Origin: Bacteriovorax sp.
GTDB lineage: Bacteria > Bdellovibrionota > Bacteriovoracia > Bacteriovoracales > Bacteriovoracaceae
Length of the DNA: 64,000 bases
Direction: 5' to 3'
NCBI GenBank assembly: GCA_040377165.1
Contig: JBEIPI010000003.1
Span: 727 to 64,726 of the forward strand
Positions within the stretch are counted from its first letter, which is position 1; each line of letters starts with the position of its first letter. Both the position numbers and the translations under genes were made by a program. This document shows, piece after piece, positions 1 through 9,474 of this stretch. The notes beneath the pieces were generated by a model. The model saw only the letters and a program-made list of their open reading frames with translations, was not told the origin of the DNA and ran no database searches.

Positions 1-3000
1 TTTAATGTTTTCCTGACAGCGTTTAAGATCACTCTTTCCCGCTACAGCGGTTTGGATGATATTATCGTCGGTCTTCCTGTGCGCGGAAGAACCCGCCCGG
101 AGATCATGCAGACTATCGGGTATTTTGTTAATACAGTGGCGCTTAGAACTCAGGTTAATTTAAACCAGTCCTTTGAAGAAATTTTAAAGAATGTCGGTCA
201 GACCTGTATGGAGGCCTTTGATAATCAATTGATCCCATTCCAGATCATTTTGAATAAAATCTCCTACCCGCGAGACACAGGCCGTACTCCAATCTTTCAG
301 ACCTTCTTCTCTTATCAGGATGTGAGCAACCGTTCCGCAGAGATCAACGGAAGACCATACACTCAAATCAATATTGATAAGGCCTCAACTCATACTGACC
401 TGGATCTATGGATCAAGGCAAGCGACAGAAAGATTGAAGGGGCCTTTGAATTCAGAAAAGACTTGTTTAAGGAAATTTCAATCGAGCGATTTAAGGAATG
501 TTTCTTCCATGTGCTGGACCAGCTGGAAGAGAATGTGAATAAACCGCTTAACATCGTGAAGTCGATTCCAGCTCGTCAAGAAGAGCTGGTTATGAAAGAC
601 TGGAATAACACCTGGTCTGATACTAGTTCACTTCGGCCATTACATAAATTAATCGAACAAAATGCGGCAGCAAATCCCGAAGGGATCGCTATTGAGAGCT
701 CTCAAGGCCAGCTGACTTATGCGGAGTTAGATAAACTCGCTAACCGTTGTGCTAATGCGCTTTTAGACAAAGGGGTTGGTCGCGGTGATTTGGTTGGGAT
801 TTCACTAAGCAGAGGCCTTAACTTACTTCCAGTGATTCTCGGTGTTTTAAAAACAGGAGCGGGTTATGTGCCGCTTGACCCGGGATTTCCGCAGGACCGG
901 TTAGAATATATGATCGGAAGTGCCACGCCGAAAGTTTTAGTAACAGAAGAATCATTAACTGAAAGATTTAAGCAGAGAGGAGAAAAAATCCTCGTTTCAT
1001 CTTTTATCAATAATCCGAGCTTCGATCGTCCTGTGCCTGCAGTAAAGCATGAGCAAGGTGACACTATTTATGTCATCTACACTTCAGGCAGCACGGGGAA
1101 TCCAAAAGGAGTTCAGCTGACCCACGGGTCTGTGACGAATTTTCTGCTTTCAATGCAGGATAAAATTGGTTTTGACCGCAGTGACAAGATCCTGGCGGTG
1201 ACGACACTGAGTTTTGATATCGCTGTCCTTGAGTTATACCTGCCATTGATTTCAGGTGGGACTGTTTTCCTTGCCACTAGTGCGGAGGCGATGGATGGGG
1301 CTTCGCTGAAGAGTATTTTGGAGCAAAAAAGAATCACGCTGATGCAGGCCACTCCATCAACCTGGCGCTTGCTTTTAGCTTCCGGCTGGGCCGGAAGTAA
1401 AACGATCAAGATCCTCTGCGGTGGGGAAGCTTTCCCGATTGACCTGGCGAAAAAGCTTATCCCAATTTGTAAGAGCGTATGGAATATGTACGGGCCGACG
1501 GAGACGACGGTGTGGTCATCTTGTAAAGAACTGGGCGTGATCGACGAGTTCATCACGGTCGGTCGCCCGATTGCCAATACTTCTCTTTATATTCTCGATG
1601 ACAACCGTTTTATGAAGCCGATCGGTGCTACTGGTGAGTTATTTATCGGCGGATTCGGGCTTGCCAGAGGTTATTACGGAAGGGACGATTTAACCAATGA
1701 GCGCTTTATCGCAGACCCATTTATTCCCGGAGCAAAAATGTATGCCACCGGTGACCTGGCCCGCTTCACCAGCGATGGCGAAGTGGAATGCCTGGGAAGA
1801 AACGACGGGCAGGTTAAAGTGCGCGGCTACAGAATTGAGCTTGGAGAAATCGAAGCTGAGCTGACAAGGGCCGCAAATGTTAAAGAAGCAGCAGTCATCA
1901 CCAGTGAGTACCGCCCGGGAGATGTGAGGATTTTCGCTTATCTTTCTACTAAAGACGGTGGAGCTTTGGACGAAAGAAACCTGAGAGAAACTTTAAGTAA
2001 AAAGCTTCCATCGTACATGATTCCTTCCCACTTCACTCACATGAAGGAAATCCCGAAGACTCTTAATGGAAAAATTGATAAAAAATCGCTTCCTCGAATC
2101 ACTGCCGGTGTTCAGGAGAAAGTGGAAGAGGTTGTCTCAATCCCAGTGACAATGGATACCCTTCAAAAAGAAATGGGCGACAAAGAAGTCATCCGCGCTA
2201 TGTGGATGGATGTTTTAGGAGTGAGTTCGGTAAAAGATTCGGACAACTTCTTTAATATGGGTGGAAACTCACTTCTGGCAGTTTCTTTATTTGCTAAAAT
2301 CAGCGCTCGCTTTAAAATTAATATTCCTCTGGCGACATTGATTGAGGCGGAAAACTTCAGTGGATTTGCTAAAAATATTGAGGCGAGACTTCCTTCTGCA
2401 CAGAGCGCTTATGCTGAAGTTGAAAAAGAGACACATGATCATGCCTCTATAGCGATTACACCTCAATTTTTTAAATCGCTGGTGGCCATCAAGTCTACCG
2501 GTCATAAGAACCCTCTTTTCTGCTTTCACGGAGTAGGTGGAAACATTCTTAACTACGTAACCCTGGTGCCTGCGACAAAGAATGAAAGACCGCTTCTGGC
2601 GCTTCAGTCTGTTGGTATGGATGGAATCACGTTGCCTCTTCGTTCAATTGAAGAAATGGCGAAACATTACATACGAGAAATAAAACTTGCACAGCCTGAA
2701 GGTCCTTATCTGCTGGCCGGTGGCTCGATGGGGGGAATGATCGCTTTTGAAGCGGCCATTCAGTTGCAAAATAGCGGTCATAAAATAGACAAACTTATAA
2801 TGTTTGATACCTTTGGCCCAAATCTGGATTTGAAATCCTACACCAGCGAAAGAAAGAGATCTTTCTGGGCAAAAATTAAAGACGCTTTTTCTGTCAGGTC
2901 TAAAAATATTATTAATAAATTTGTGGCCTATACTTATCGCCATCTTGGTCTGCAGGTTCCACTACCGGTTCTTCTGGTTGAAATTGAAAGAAAGAATTAC

Positions 3001-3213
3001 CAGGCGATCTGGAAATACTTCCCGAAAGAGCGCTTCCGCGGCGATCTTTACCTGATCAGGTCTAAAATGGAAGAGACGGGGTGGTACAGCGATCCGGTAA
3101 TGGGATGGAAAGGCATTATTGAAGGCGAGATAAAAACCTTCGAAATCAGCGGCACTCATGAGAACTTTGTTGAGAGCAAAGAGCTGATTAGTGTTTTAAA
3201 GAAATTAATTTAA
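1..3213 (+). CDS. Non-ribosomal peptide synthetase terminal module (C-A-PCP-TE), 5'-truncated by window edge; A domain predicted Gly-specific
   Basis: Frame open from base 1 (FNVFLTAFKITLSRYSG...). C-domain tail (IGYFVNTVALR); A-domain cores YTSGSTGNPKG, NMYGPTE, TGDLAR, QVKVRGYRIELGEIE, NGKIDK; PCP FFNMGGNSL; TE GGSMGG. Specificity pocket read by eye against GrsA numbering = DILQLGMVWK, close to the glycine code DILQLGLIWK. Confidence 0.95.
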   Translation, partial: FNVFLTAFKITLSRYSGLDDIIVGLPVRGRTRPEIMQTIGYFVNTVALRTQVNLNQSFEEILKNVGQTCMEAFDNQLIPFQIILNKISYPRDTGRTPIFQTFFSYQDVSNRSAEINGRPYTQINIDKASTHTDLDLWIKASDRKIEGAFEFRKDLFKEISIERFKECFFHVLDQLEENVNKPLNIVKSIPARQEELVMKDWNNTWSDTSSLRPLHKLIEQNAAANPEGIAIESSQGQLTYAELDKLANRCANALLDKGVGRGDLVGISLSRGLNLLPVILGVLKTGAGYVPLDPGFPQDRLEYMIGSATPKVLVTEESLTERFKQRGEKILVSSFINNPSFDRPVPAVKHEQGDTIYVIYTSGSTGNPKGVQLTHGSVTNFLLSMQDKIGFDRSDKILAVTTLSFDIAVLELYLPLISGGTVFLATSAEAMDGASLKSILEQKRITLMQATPSTWRLLLASGWAGSKTIKILCGGEAFPIDLAKKLIPICKSVWNMYGPTETTVWSSCKELGVIDEFITVGRPIANTSLYILDDNRFMKPIGATGELFIGGFGLARGYYGRDDLTNERFIADPFIPGAKMYATGDLARFTSDGEVECLGRNDGQVKVRGYRIELGEIEAELTRAANVKEAAVITSEYRPGDVRIFAYLSTKDGGALDERNLRETLSKKLPSYMIPSHFTHMKEIPKTLNGKIDKKSLPRITAGVQEKVEEVVSIPVTMDTLQKEMGDKEVIRAMWMDVLGVSSVKDSDNFFNMGGNSLLAVSLFAKISARFKINIPLATLIEAENFSGFAKNIEARLPSAQSAYAEVEKETHDHASIAITPQFFKSLVAIKSTGHKNPLFCFHGVGGNILNYVTLVPATKNERPLLALQSVGMDGITLPLRSIEEMAKHYIREIKLAQPEGPYLLAGGSMGGMIAFEAAIQLQNSGHKIDKLIMFDTFGPNLDLKSYTSERKRSFWAKIKDAFSVRSKNIINKFVAYTYRHLGLQVPLPVLLVEIERKNYQAIWKYFPKERFRGDLYLIRSKMEETGWYSDPVMGWKGIIEGEIKTFEISGTHENFVESKELISVLKKLI

Positions 3214-3220
3214 TCTAATT

Positions 3221-6200
3221 ATGAAAATAAAATATATTCTCCTGTCGTTTTTGAGTTTCTCATTTATTGTCGGCTGCGCCTACTCCAAGAGTTTTAGTTT
3301 TACCGCTAAAGAGCCTCAGTGGAGCTTTTATGGCGAAGGCCAGGGCACCTATGTCTCCAACCAGGGGAGGGGTGATAAAAATAGCCTGTGGATGAGTACA
3401 GATTGGGGGGAGAGTGAAACAGCTTTTTTCACCTGGAAAGATTTATCACCAGGACTCTATAGGGTTATCACATATGTACGCGCAGAAGATGTGCAAAAGG
3501 GCGTGGAAGGCGCTTCATTTTGGCATTTTTATGACGGCGGGTTCGGCACAGAGTCTCCATTTATGGATCTTCATGGAAGTTATGAGTGGAGAAAAATTGA
3601 ATACACCATAAAAGTAAAGGCTTCCGATCTCACGATCTGGTTTCGTCTGAAATCACCTGGTCAGGTCTGGGTTGATGATTTTTACCTGGAGAAAGTTGAA
3701 AAAAGCAGCGACAAGGTTTCCATAGAAGCACCGGCGGCACTCACTCAACTGGCAGTTAATAAGAAAAATCTTGAGAGAAGTGCTGCAAAAAAAATCCTTT
3801 ACTCATTCGATAAGAGCGAATCAGGCCATCCCTTCGATGTAAAAAATAAGGCCGGAGAATTCTCGCCTCAGAAATTCTTCAATTTTAAAGTTAAGAGTAT
3901 GCCGGTAAAAGACTGGTCGGCCTTTGACCGCCTGGAGATGGATGTTTTTAATCCTAATGACAAATACACTGATTTTTTTCTGACTCTGGCCGATGACCAG
4001 ACAACTAACTATTGGTCTCAGGTCAATCATAAGCAAACACTTGCACCAGGCTGGAACAAGCTCAGTTTTTCCCTTACTCAATACGTAGGAGAGAGAGGTT
4101 CCCACCGCTTTAACCGCCCGGTAAACCTGGCAAAGCTGGAAAAAGTTTTTATTGTTATTGACCCGGATTCTAAGGCTTCTTTTGAAAAGAAAAATTTTCT
4201 GATCGACAATATCACTTTATCAAGCAATCCGATGCCGGCGATTCCGCAGAATGTTTATTCATTCGACTTTACGGGAGTGAAGGCAAACAGCAATACGAAT
4301 GTCACTCAGGTCACCACTCAGACACTGTACAACGACCAGAGAGGGTACGGATTTGTGGAGCCTAAGTTTTGGCGAGTGGAAGACTCCCAGTACGCGAGTG
4401 AGCTTTTGAGGTATTCAATCGGCCTTACTGCAGGGAAATTCAAAGTGAAGCTTCCCAATGGTAAATACCAGATGAACCTGGTGGTGGATAAATTGGGATA
4501 TTGGGATGTTCCTTTCTGGTCAGACCGTATGGTATCAGTCAACGGCAATCCGGTTTTTAAGGAAACCAGAGGTAGTGGAAAAGATTTTTTAAGTGATCTT
4601 TTGATGTTTGAATCGATTGTCCCGGAAGCTACGGATCACCCTTATGATCTCTACCTGAAAAAAGTTTTTAACGTCATCGACAAAACTGTTGATGTCACTA
4701 ACGGTGTGTTGGAAGTCGAATTCGAAGGAGACGCAACCGGAATCAGTTTAAACTCTTTAGTGCTTTGGAATAAGGTCAGTGAAGCCCAGGGACTCGCTTA
4801 CAAGGCGGCGCTGGAAAAAAGACAGAAGCTGGAATTCGATTGGATGTCGCGCTCAATTCAAAAGAGCGACAAGAGCAATGCAGGCTTTTCGGTCGCGGTT
4901 GTTGGGGCGGATCTTTATTTTAACCCATTGTCAGCGAAAAAAGAGATGCTGAAAACATTGAGCTTTCAGGGTGGAGAAGGTGAGAGACCCTATCAGGTTA
5001 TTCAGATAACGGCCGGTGGAAACGATGAGAAAATCAGTTGGAATTTTGACGATTTCTCCAATGAAAAAGGCGAAAAAATTAAAAAAAGCGATATCCAGAT
5101 CAGCGATGTGGTTTATCAATACACGTCTCCTGATATCAATCACGAAACCTATATGCTCACAGGAAAGTACCTGTCGCCGCTGAAAGATGTTTCTGTTGTT
5201 GTGAAAAAAGGCCAGACAAAATACCTGTGGCTGCAGCTGCCGATAAACGATAAAACGGCTAAAGGCGTCTTTAAAGGGAATGTTATTTTTCATAAAGGAG
5301 CTGAGCAGGTTTCGCTTCCTGTAGAAATTTCGGTTTTAAATTACTCGCTTCCTAAAATAGAATTCCCGGTGGGCTTCTTCGGTCTTGACCCTCTTCCATA
5401 TAGTTACTTCTCAAAAGGTGGCTATGCCGAACTAAGAAAAAAATTTCGTCATATGGCACTAGAAGAGCTGGGAGAAGCGGGCTTCACTACTTTCACAGGA
5501 TTGCCGGAAGATATTTCTGAACTCAACGATCTTTTTAAAGAGTCGGCAAAGTGGGGGATTCAAACCGTCTACTCTTATGGTGGGCAATTCCCTCAAAAAT
5601 TAATTGGAACTGATGATGCTTCGTTTGAAAAGGCCGCCTCAGAGTTAAAGTCCCTGCTATCAAATAAAAAATGGCCTAAAATCGTCCATACATTCAGTGA
5701 TGAGGCCGGCGGATACTCTGATAAAACAGCATCCGATATTGAGCTGGCCAAAAAACTCCAGAAACATTTCCCATTCATGGCCCTGGGAGGATTCGGCTCT
5801 TACCATGGAGGCGATTCTAATAAGCTCAACAGCTATTTTAATTACGGCTTTTTTTCCAGCCTGACAAAAAGCGATATTTCGAGGCTTAAAGATAACGGAC
5901 AGCGCTGGGGATTCTATAATGCCTCGGCAGGTAATTTGGATGACCCACGATTCTCCTTTGGCCTGGGACTGTATATCGCCCGCTTAAACGGCTTATCTCA
6001 ATACCTGGAATGGCACTCTAGTGCCTTCAACAATTATCCTTATTATGACTTTGACGGACGGGAATCTGATGTGGTTATGTTTTTTCCGAGCAAGGACGGA
6101 AAGCTTTTGCGCTCGCTCCGTTTTGAACTCTCGACTGAAGGATTGCATGCTTATAAAAAGCTGAAAGTCCTGGAAGGGGCGATCACTTCAGGGGCAGGAC

Positions 6201-6361
6201 CGGCCAGTGCCATCAGTGCCGCCAAGAGCTGGCTTGATTTTGTTAAGCGCGAGAATTATTTCTATTCCTCTACAACATTTATGAGTAACAAGAAAAATGA
6301 TTTCCGCGAGTTTGATTTAAAGCTGGATGAACATTTGAAAAATATTTTTCTAAAAAAATAG
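3221..6361 (+). CDS. Large lipoprotein with carbohydrate-binding-like modules and a C-terminal GH123/DUF4091-like domain
   Basis: Lipobox FIVGC; Trp-rich beta-sandwich segments (DWSAFDRLEMDV, PGWNKLSF); FSDEA acidic pair; C-terminal SLRFELSTEGLHAY resembles the DUF4091 S-x-R-x-E-x-x-x-EG motif; starts 7 bp after the NRPS stop. Confidence 0.6.
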   Translation: MKIKYILLSFLSFSFIVGCAYSKSFSFTAKEPQWSFYGEGQGTYVSNQGRGDKNSLWMSTDWGESETAFFTWKDLSPGLYRVITYVRAEDVQKGVEGASFWHFYDGGFGTESPFMDLHGSYEWRKIEYTIKVKASDLTIWFRLKSPGQVWVDDFYLEKVEKSSDKVSIEAPAALTQLAVNKKNLERSAAKKILYSFDKSESGHPFDVKNKAGEFSPQKFFNFKVKSMPVKDWSAFDRLEMDVFNPNDKYTDFFLTLADDQTTNYWSQVNHKQTLAPGWNKLSFSLTQYVGERGSHRFNRPVNLAKLEKVFIVIDPDSKASFEKKNFLIDNITLSSNPMPAIPQNVYSFDFTGVKANSNTNVTQVTTQTLYNDQRGYGFVEPKFWRVEDSQYASELLRYSIGLTAGKFKVKLPNGKYQMNLVVDKLGYWDVPFWSDRMVSVNGNPVFKETRGSGKDFLSDLLMFESIVPEATDHPYDLYLKKVFNVIDKTVDVTNGVLEVEFEGDATGISLNSLVLWNKVSEAQGLAYKAALEKRQKLEFDWMSRSIQKSDKSNAGFSVAVVGADLYFNPLSAKKEMLKTLSFQGGEGERPYQVIQITAGGNDEKISWNFDDFSNEKGEKIKKSDIQISDVVYQYTSPDINHETYMLTGKYLSPLKDVSVVVKKGQTKYLWLQLPINDKTAKGVFKGNVIFHKGAEQVSLPVEISVLNYSLPKIEFPVGFFGLDPLPYSYFSKGGYAELRKKFRHMALEELGEAGFTTFTGLPEDISELNDLFKESAKWGIQTVYSYGGQFPQKLIGTDDASFEKAASELKSLLSNKKWPKIVHTFSDEAGGYSDKTASDIELAKKLQKHFPFMALGGFGSYHGGDSNKLNSYFNYGFFSSLTKSDISRLKDNGQRWGFYNASAGNLDDPRFSFGLGLYIARLNGLSQYLEWHSSAFNNYPYYDFDGRESDVVMFFPSKDGKLLRSLRFELSTEGLHAYKKLKVLEGAITSGAGPASAISAAKSWLDFVKRENYFYSSTTFMSNKKNDFREFDLKLDEHLKNIFLKK

Positions 6362-6368
6362 GCAGAGT

Positions 6369-7259
6369 ATGAAAGAGTTAAAAGTTTTTATCGGTGATTT
6401 TGAAAAAACCAAACTTGACCGCAAGCCTTTTGAGTTTCGTCACACGATGGTTGATCACCCGGTACTTACATTGGAGAATTTGTCTAAAATCCTGCAGGAA
6501 TTGCCCAAAGAGAAAGTCATGTTTTCCAAAGGACTTAATGATCTTGCTGTCAATTTCGACAAGGCCCTTGATAACGATACAAAAAAACTCAACCTAAACG
6601 AGATGATTGAAACCATCCGCACATCTAATTGTTATATCGCCGCCAGAAACCTGGAGATGCATGAGTCTTTTAAAGGCCTCTATAGTGACCTGCTAGAGGA
6701 TATCGGCAAACTATTAAAGCATCACAAGACCGGCAAGAAACCTCTTGAGCCAATGGTCTGGCTGTTTATTGCTTCACCAAATGCGATCACACCTTTTCAC
6801 TTTGATCGTTCATCTAATTTTATTTTCCAGATCCGCGGCAGCAAGGAGCTTGCGGTTTTTCCTCCACGTGTGGAGGAAATTATCAGTGCTAAAGACACTG
6901 AGTCTTACCTGGATTGGTCTTCACAACTGCCGCCGTGGAGAGAAGAGCTTGATAAACATGCTCACAAGTTCAATTTCAAGGCGGGTGAAGCCGTCCATAT
7001 TCCATTTGTCTCCGGCCATTACGTAAAAAACGGCCCGGAAGATATCTCAATAACCATGTCGATTTTTTTTCACTCCAATGAGACTAAGCGCTGGAGTGGG
7101 GCAATGAGATTCAACAATCGCATGAGACGCTTTGGACTCAAGCTTAAACCGGTCGGCAATGCACCTGTTGCAGATAGGATTAAAGCGGGGCTTATGCCGG
7201 CAGTGAACGGGGTGTTCAAGGCCGCGGCTAAAATTCTTGTTATTTTTGAGTATTTTTAG
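6369..7259 (+). CDS. JmjC/cupin-like Fe(II)/2-oxoglutarate oxygenase
   Basis: TPFHFD (HxD), QIRGSK, distal His in IPFVSGHYVKN. Confidence 0.85.
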   Translation: MKELKVFIGDFEKTKLDRKPFEFRHTMVDHPVLTLENLSKILQELPKEKVMFSKGLNDLAVNFDKALDNDTKKLNLNEMIETIRTSNCYIAARNLEMHESFKGLYSDLLEDIGKLLKHHKTGKKPLEPMVWLFIASPNAITPFHFDRSSNFIFQIRGSKELAVFPPRVEEIISAKDTESYLDWSSQLPPWREELDKHAHKFNFKAGEAVHIPFVSGHYVKNGPEDISITMSIFFHSNETKRWSGAMRFNNRMRRFGLKLKPVGNAPVADRIKAGLMPAVNGVFKAAAKILVIFEYF

Positions 7260-7360
7260 TGCTTTAGAATTTTACCCTAAGAGGTAAAGTTTTACAGACT
7301 TGCTAGTTTGGTATCCTTTTTTTGGATACAATAAGTTCTTCAAACTAAGCAAGGTAAAGC

Positions 7361-8323
7361 ATGAAGAATTTAAAATGTCTGAGAGGCGATATTAATCCAA
7401 AAGACCTGGACCGCAGACCTTTTGGCTTTTCCCATAATATGGCAAATCACCCTTCACTGACTTTTGAAAATCTCTCTAAAGTCATTACTTCACTTCCAGA
7501 AGAAAAAGTCATGTTCTCAAAAGGTCTCAATGACCTGAAGAAGGATTTCGAACAAATCCTGGTCGACGGGAAAAAGGGTTTTGACTTAAGCGAAGTCATT
7601 GAAAATATCCGTTCAGGAAACGCCTATATCGCAGTTAGAAATCCTGAACTTCACCCGTCATTCAAAGAAATATTTGAAGGCATCTGTGATGATGTCTCGA
7701 CGTTTATGCAGGCAAACGGCACAGGAACAAAACCAATTGAGCCGATGTTGTGGTTGTTTATCGCCTCGCCAGGAGCTGTGACGCCATTTCATTTCGACCG
7801 CTATTCAAATTTCATCTTTCAAATCCGAGGCAGCAAAGAGCTGGCAGTTTTTCCACCGAGGATGGAGCAGGTTATTAGTACAAAAGAACTAGAGGCCTAT
7901 CATGACAACAAGCCAAGTTATCCGGAGTGGAAAGAGGAGAAAGACCAGTACGCTCACAAGTTTAATTTTAAAAGCGGCGAAGCTGTTCATATCCCGTACA
8001 CTTCAGGACACTATGTGAAAAATGGTATGGATGATATCTCCATTACTATTTCGATTTTTTACCACTCAGAGGAAACCGAAATGTGGAGTAAAGCGATGAA
8101 GATGAATCATCGTTTAAGACGTTTTGGTATGCTTCCCAGACCTGTCGGGCAGTCTGGAGTTGTTGACCGCTTGAAGGCCCATGTGACCCTGCCTGTAATG
8201 GATGGGCTTTATGTCTTAAAAGAGAAATTGCGCATAAGTAGATACAGTGTTGCAGGGTATCTGGGATTACTTAACGGTTTCACTCCTGACACAATCTTAA
8301 TAATCGATTCAATCCTGCTTTAA
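7361..8323 (+). CDS. JmjC/cupin-like Fe(II)/2-oxoglutarate oxygenase, tandem paralog
   Basis: Same motifs (TPFHFDRYSNFIFQIRGSKELAVFPPR, SGHYVKNG) with long identical stretches to 6369..7259. Confidence 0.85.
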   Translation: MKNLKCLRGDINPKDLDRRPFGFSHNMANHPSLTFENLSKVITSLPEEKVMFSKGLNDLKKDFEQILVDGKKGFDLSEVIENIRSGNAYIAVRNPELHPSFKEIFEGICDDVSTFMQANGTGTKPIEPMLWLFIASPGAVTPFHFDRYSNFIFQIRGSKELAVFPPRMEQVISTKELEAYHDNKPSYPEWKEEKDQYAHKFNFKSGEAVHIPYTSGHYVKNGMDDISITISIFYHSEETEMWSKAMKMNHRLRRFGMLPRPVGQSGVVDRLKAHVTLPVMDGLYVLKEKLRISRYSVAGYLGLLNGFTPDTILIIDSILL

Positions 8324-8354
8324 GAAAAAAATCCTTATAGCATTTGTTCAATTG

Positions 8355-8377
8355 GGGCATTCTTTCAGGAGTGCCCT
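8355..8377 (+). terminator. Hairpin after the JmjC pair, possible intrinsic terminator
   Basis: GGGCATTC-N6-GAGTGCCC stem with one G-U pair; T-rich tract about 10 nt further on. Confidence 0.45.
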
Positions 8378-8433
8378 GAAGTCCTTCTTTTTTTAAGATT
8401 TCTAAGGTCTTATAACTTCTATTTCCCCAATAG

Positions 8434-8458
8434 TTATCCACATGGTACTTAACTTGCT
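8434..8458 (+). promoter_or_regulatory. sigma54 -24/-12 promoter abutting a perfect DnaA box
   Basis: TTATCCACA (8434-8442) directly followed by TGGTACTTAACTTGCT (8443-8458, GG-N10-GC), about 100 bp before the sugar transferase start. Confidence 0.55.
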
Positions 8459-8558
8459 TTATGGCTAGTAATTATTACTGGGTCAGCCTTTGTTTTGGCA
8501 CCCAGAAATCATTTGTGGTAATAAGTGTGCCATAAAGCAGTGATTGGAGTTAATGGTT

Positions 8559-9248
8559 ATGAGCAACTTAGCTGTATCAAGTACGGGAACTTTAGACATC
8601 GAAAAATTTGACATGAAGAGCTTCTTCTATACGGATTCGTTCATCTTCAGAAAGCTTAGGATGGGAGAGAATGCTGTAGGTGTATTCGAAGCGGCCTTTG
8701 CTATCACCCTGCTAGTTATCTTCGCGCCGATCATGCTTTTAGTAGCAGCCGCTATTAAAATCTCTATGGGCGGAAAAATTCTTTACTCTCAGACCAGAGT
8801 AGGAAAAGACGGGAAGCACTTCTCAATTTATAAATTCAGGACAATGATTGAAAATGCGGAAGCAAAAACTGGAGCTGTCCTTGCCACAAAAAACGACCCA
8901 AGAATCACAAAACTTGGAAAATTTCTTCGCGCCAGTCACCTTGATGAACTTCCACAATTATTCAATGTGCTTCTTGGAGATATGTCTTTTGTTGGGCCTC
9001 GTCCTGAGAGACCAGAGTTCGTTGAAGTGTACGAAAAAGAAATCGCGAAATATGCTCGTCGTCGCGAAGTAAAACCAGGAATCACTGGTCTTGCTCAGAT
9101 CTGTCTTCCATACGATGCAACTGCAACTGAAAAAATCCAGTATGACGTTTATTATATTGACCAAAGACACTCGGTTCTTTTTAATATTTTAATCAGCTAT
9201 TATACGGCGATTAAAATGGTTTCTTTCTTGAAATTCATGAAAAACTAA
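8559..9248 (+). CDS. Priming phosphoglycosyl transferase (Bac_transf; WcaJ/PglC-like catalytic domain)
   Basis: Single TM helix, KFRTM, DPRIT, LDELPQLFNVLLGDMSFVGPRPE, KPGITGLAQ. Start placed at ATG 8559 after GGAG. Confidence 0.92.
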   Translation: MSNLAVSSTGTLDIEKFDMKSFFYTDSFIFRKLRMGENAVGVFEAAFAITLLVIFAPIMLLVAAAIKISMGGKILYSQTRVGKDGKHFSIYKFRTMIENAEAKTGAVLATKNDPRITKLGKFLRASHLDELPQLFNVLLGDMSFVGPRPERPEFVEVYEKEIAKYARRREVKPGITGLAQICLPYDATATEKIQYDVYYIDQRHSVLFNILISYYTAIKMVSFLKFMKN

Positions 9249-9277
9249 TCTGCTTTTTTTATAAACATCAAAATATG

Positions 9278-9305
9278 AAAAAGCCCTCTTCTCGAGGGCT
9301 TTTTT
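9278..9305 (+). terminator. Intrinsic terminator
   Basis: AAAAAGCCCTC-TTCTC-GAGGGCTTTTT. Confidence 0.85.
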
Positions 9306-9307
9306 CG

Positions 9308-9333
9308 TTCTGCCAATTTTTTCTGCCAATTTT
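9308..9333. repeat. Perfect 13-bp tandem repeat TTCTGCCAATTTT x2
   Basis: 9308-9320 and 9321-9333 are identical; related palindrome GGCAGAATCTGCC at 9371-9383. Confidence 0.8.
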
Positions 9334-9474
9334 TGGTCACTCTGACACCGTTAAATAAATGCTCTATGTAGGCAGAATCTGCCAGATTCTTATGATGCTC
9401 ATAAGCATGTCCTTTTTGCAGATAAAATTTCTTAACGCCTCTCTTTATTAACCTGCAAATTAACGGAGAAGTTC

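Noticed and set aside
8516-8530. Second GG-N10-GC site before the sugar transferase
   Set aside because: Poor match at both elements; the 8443 site is better.
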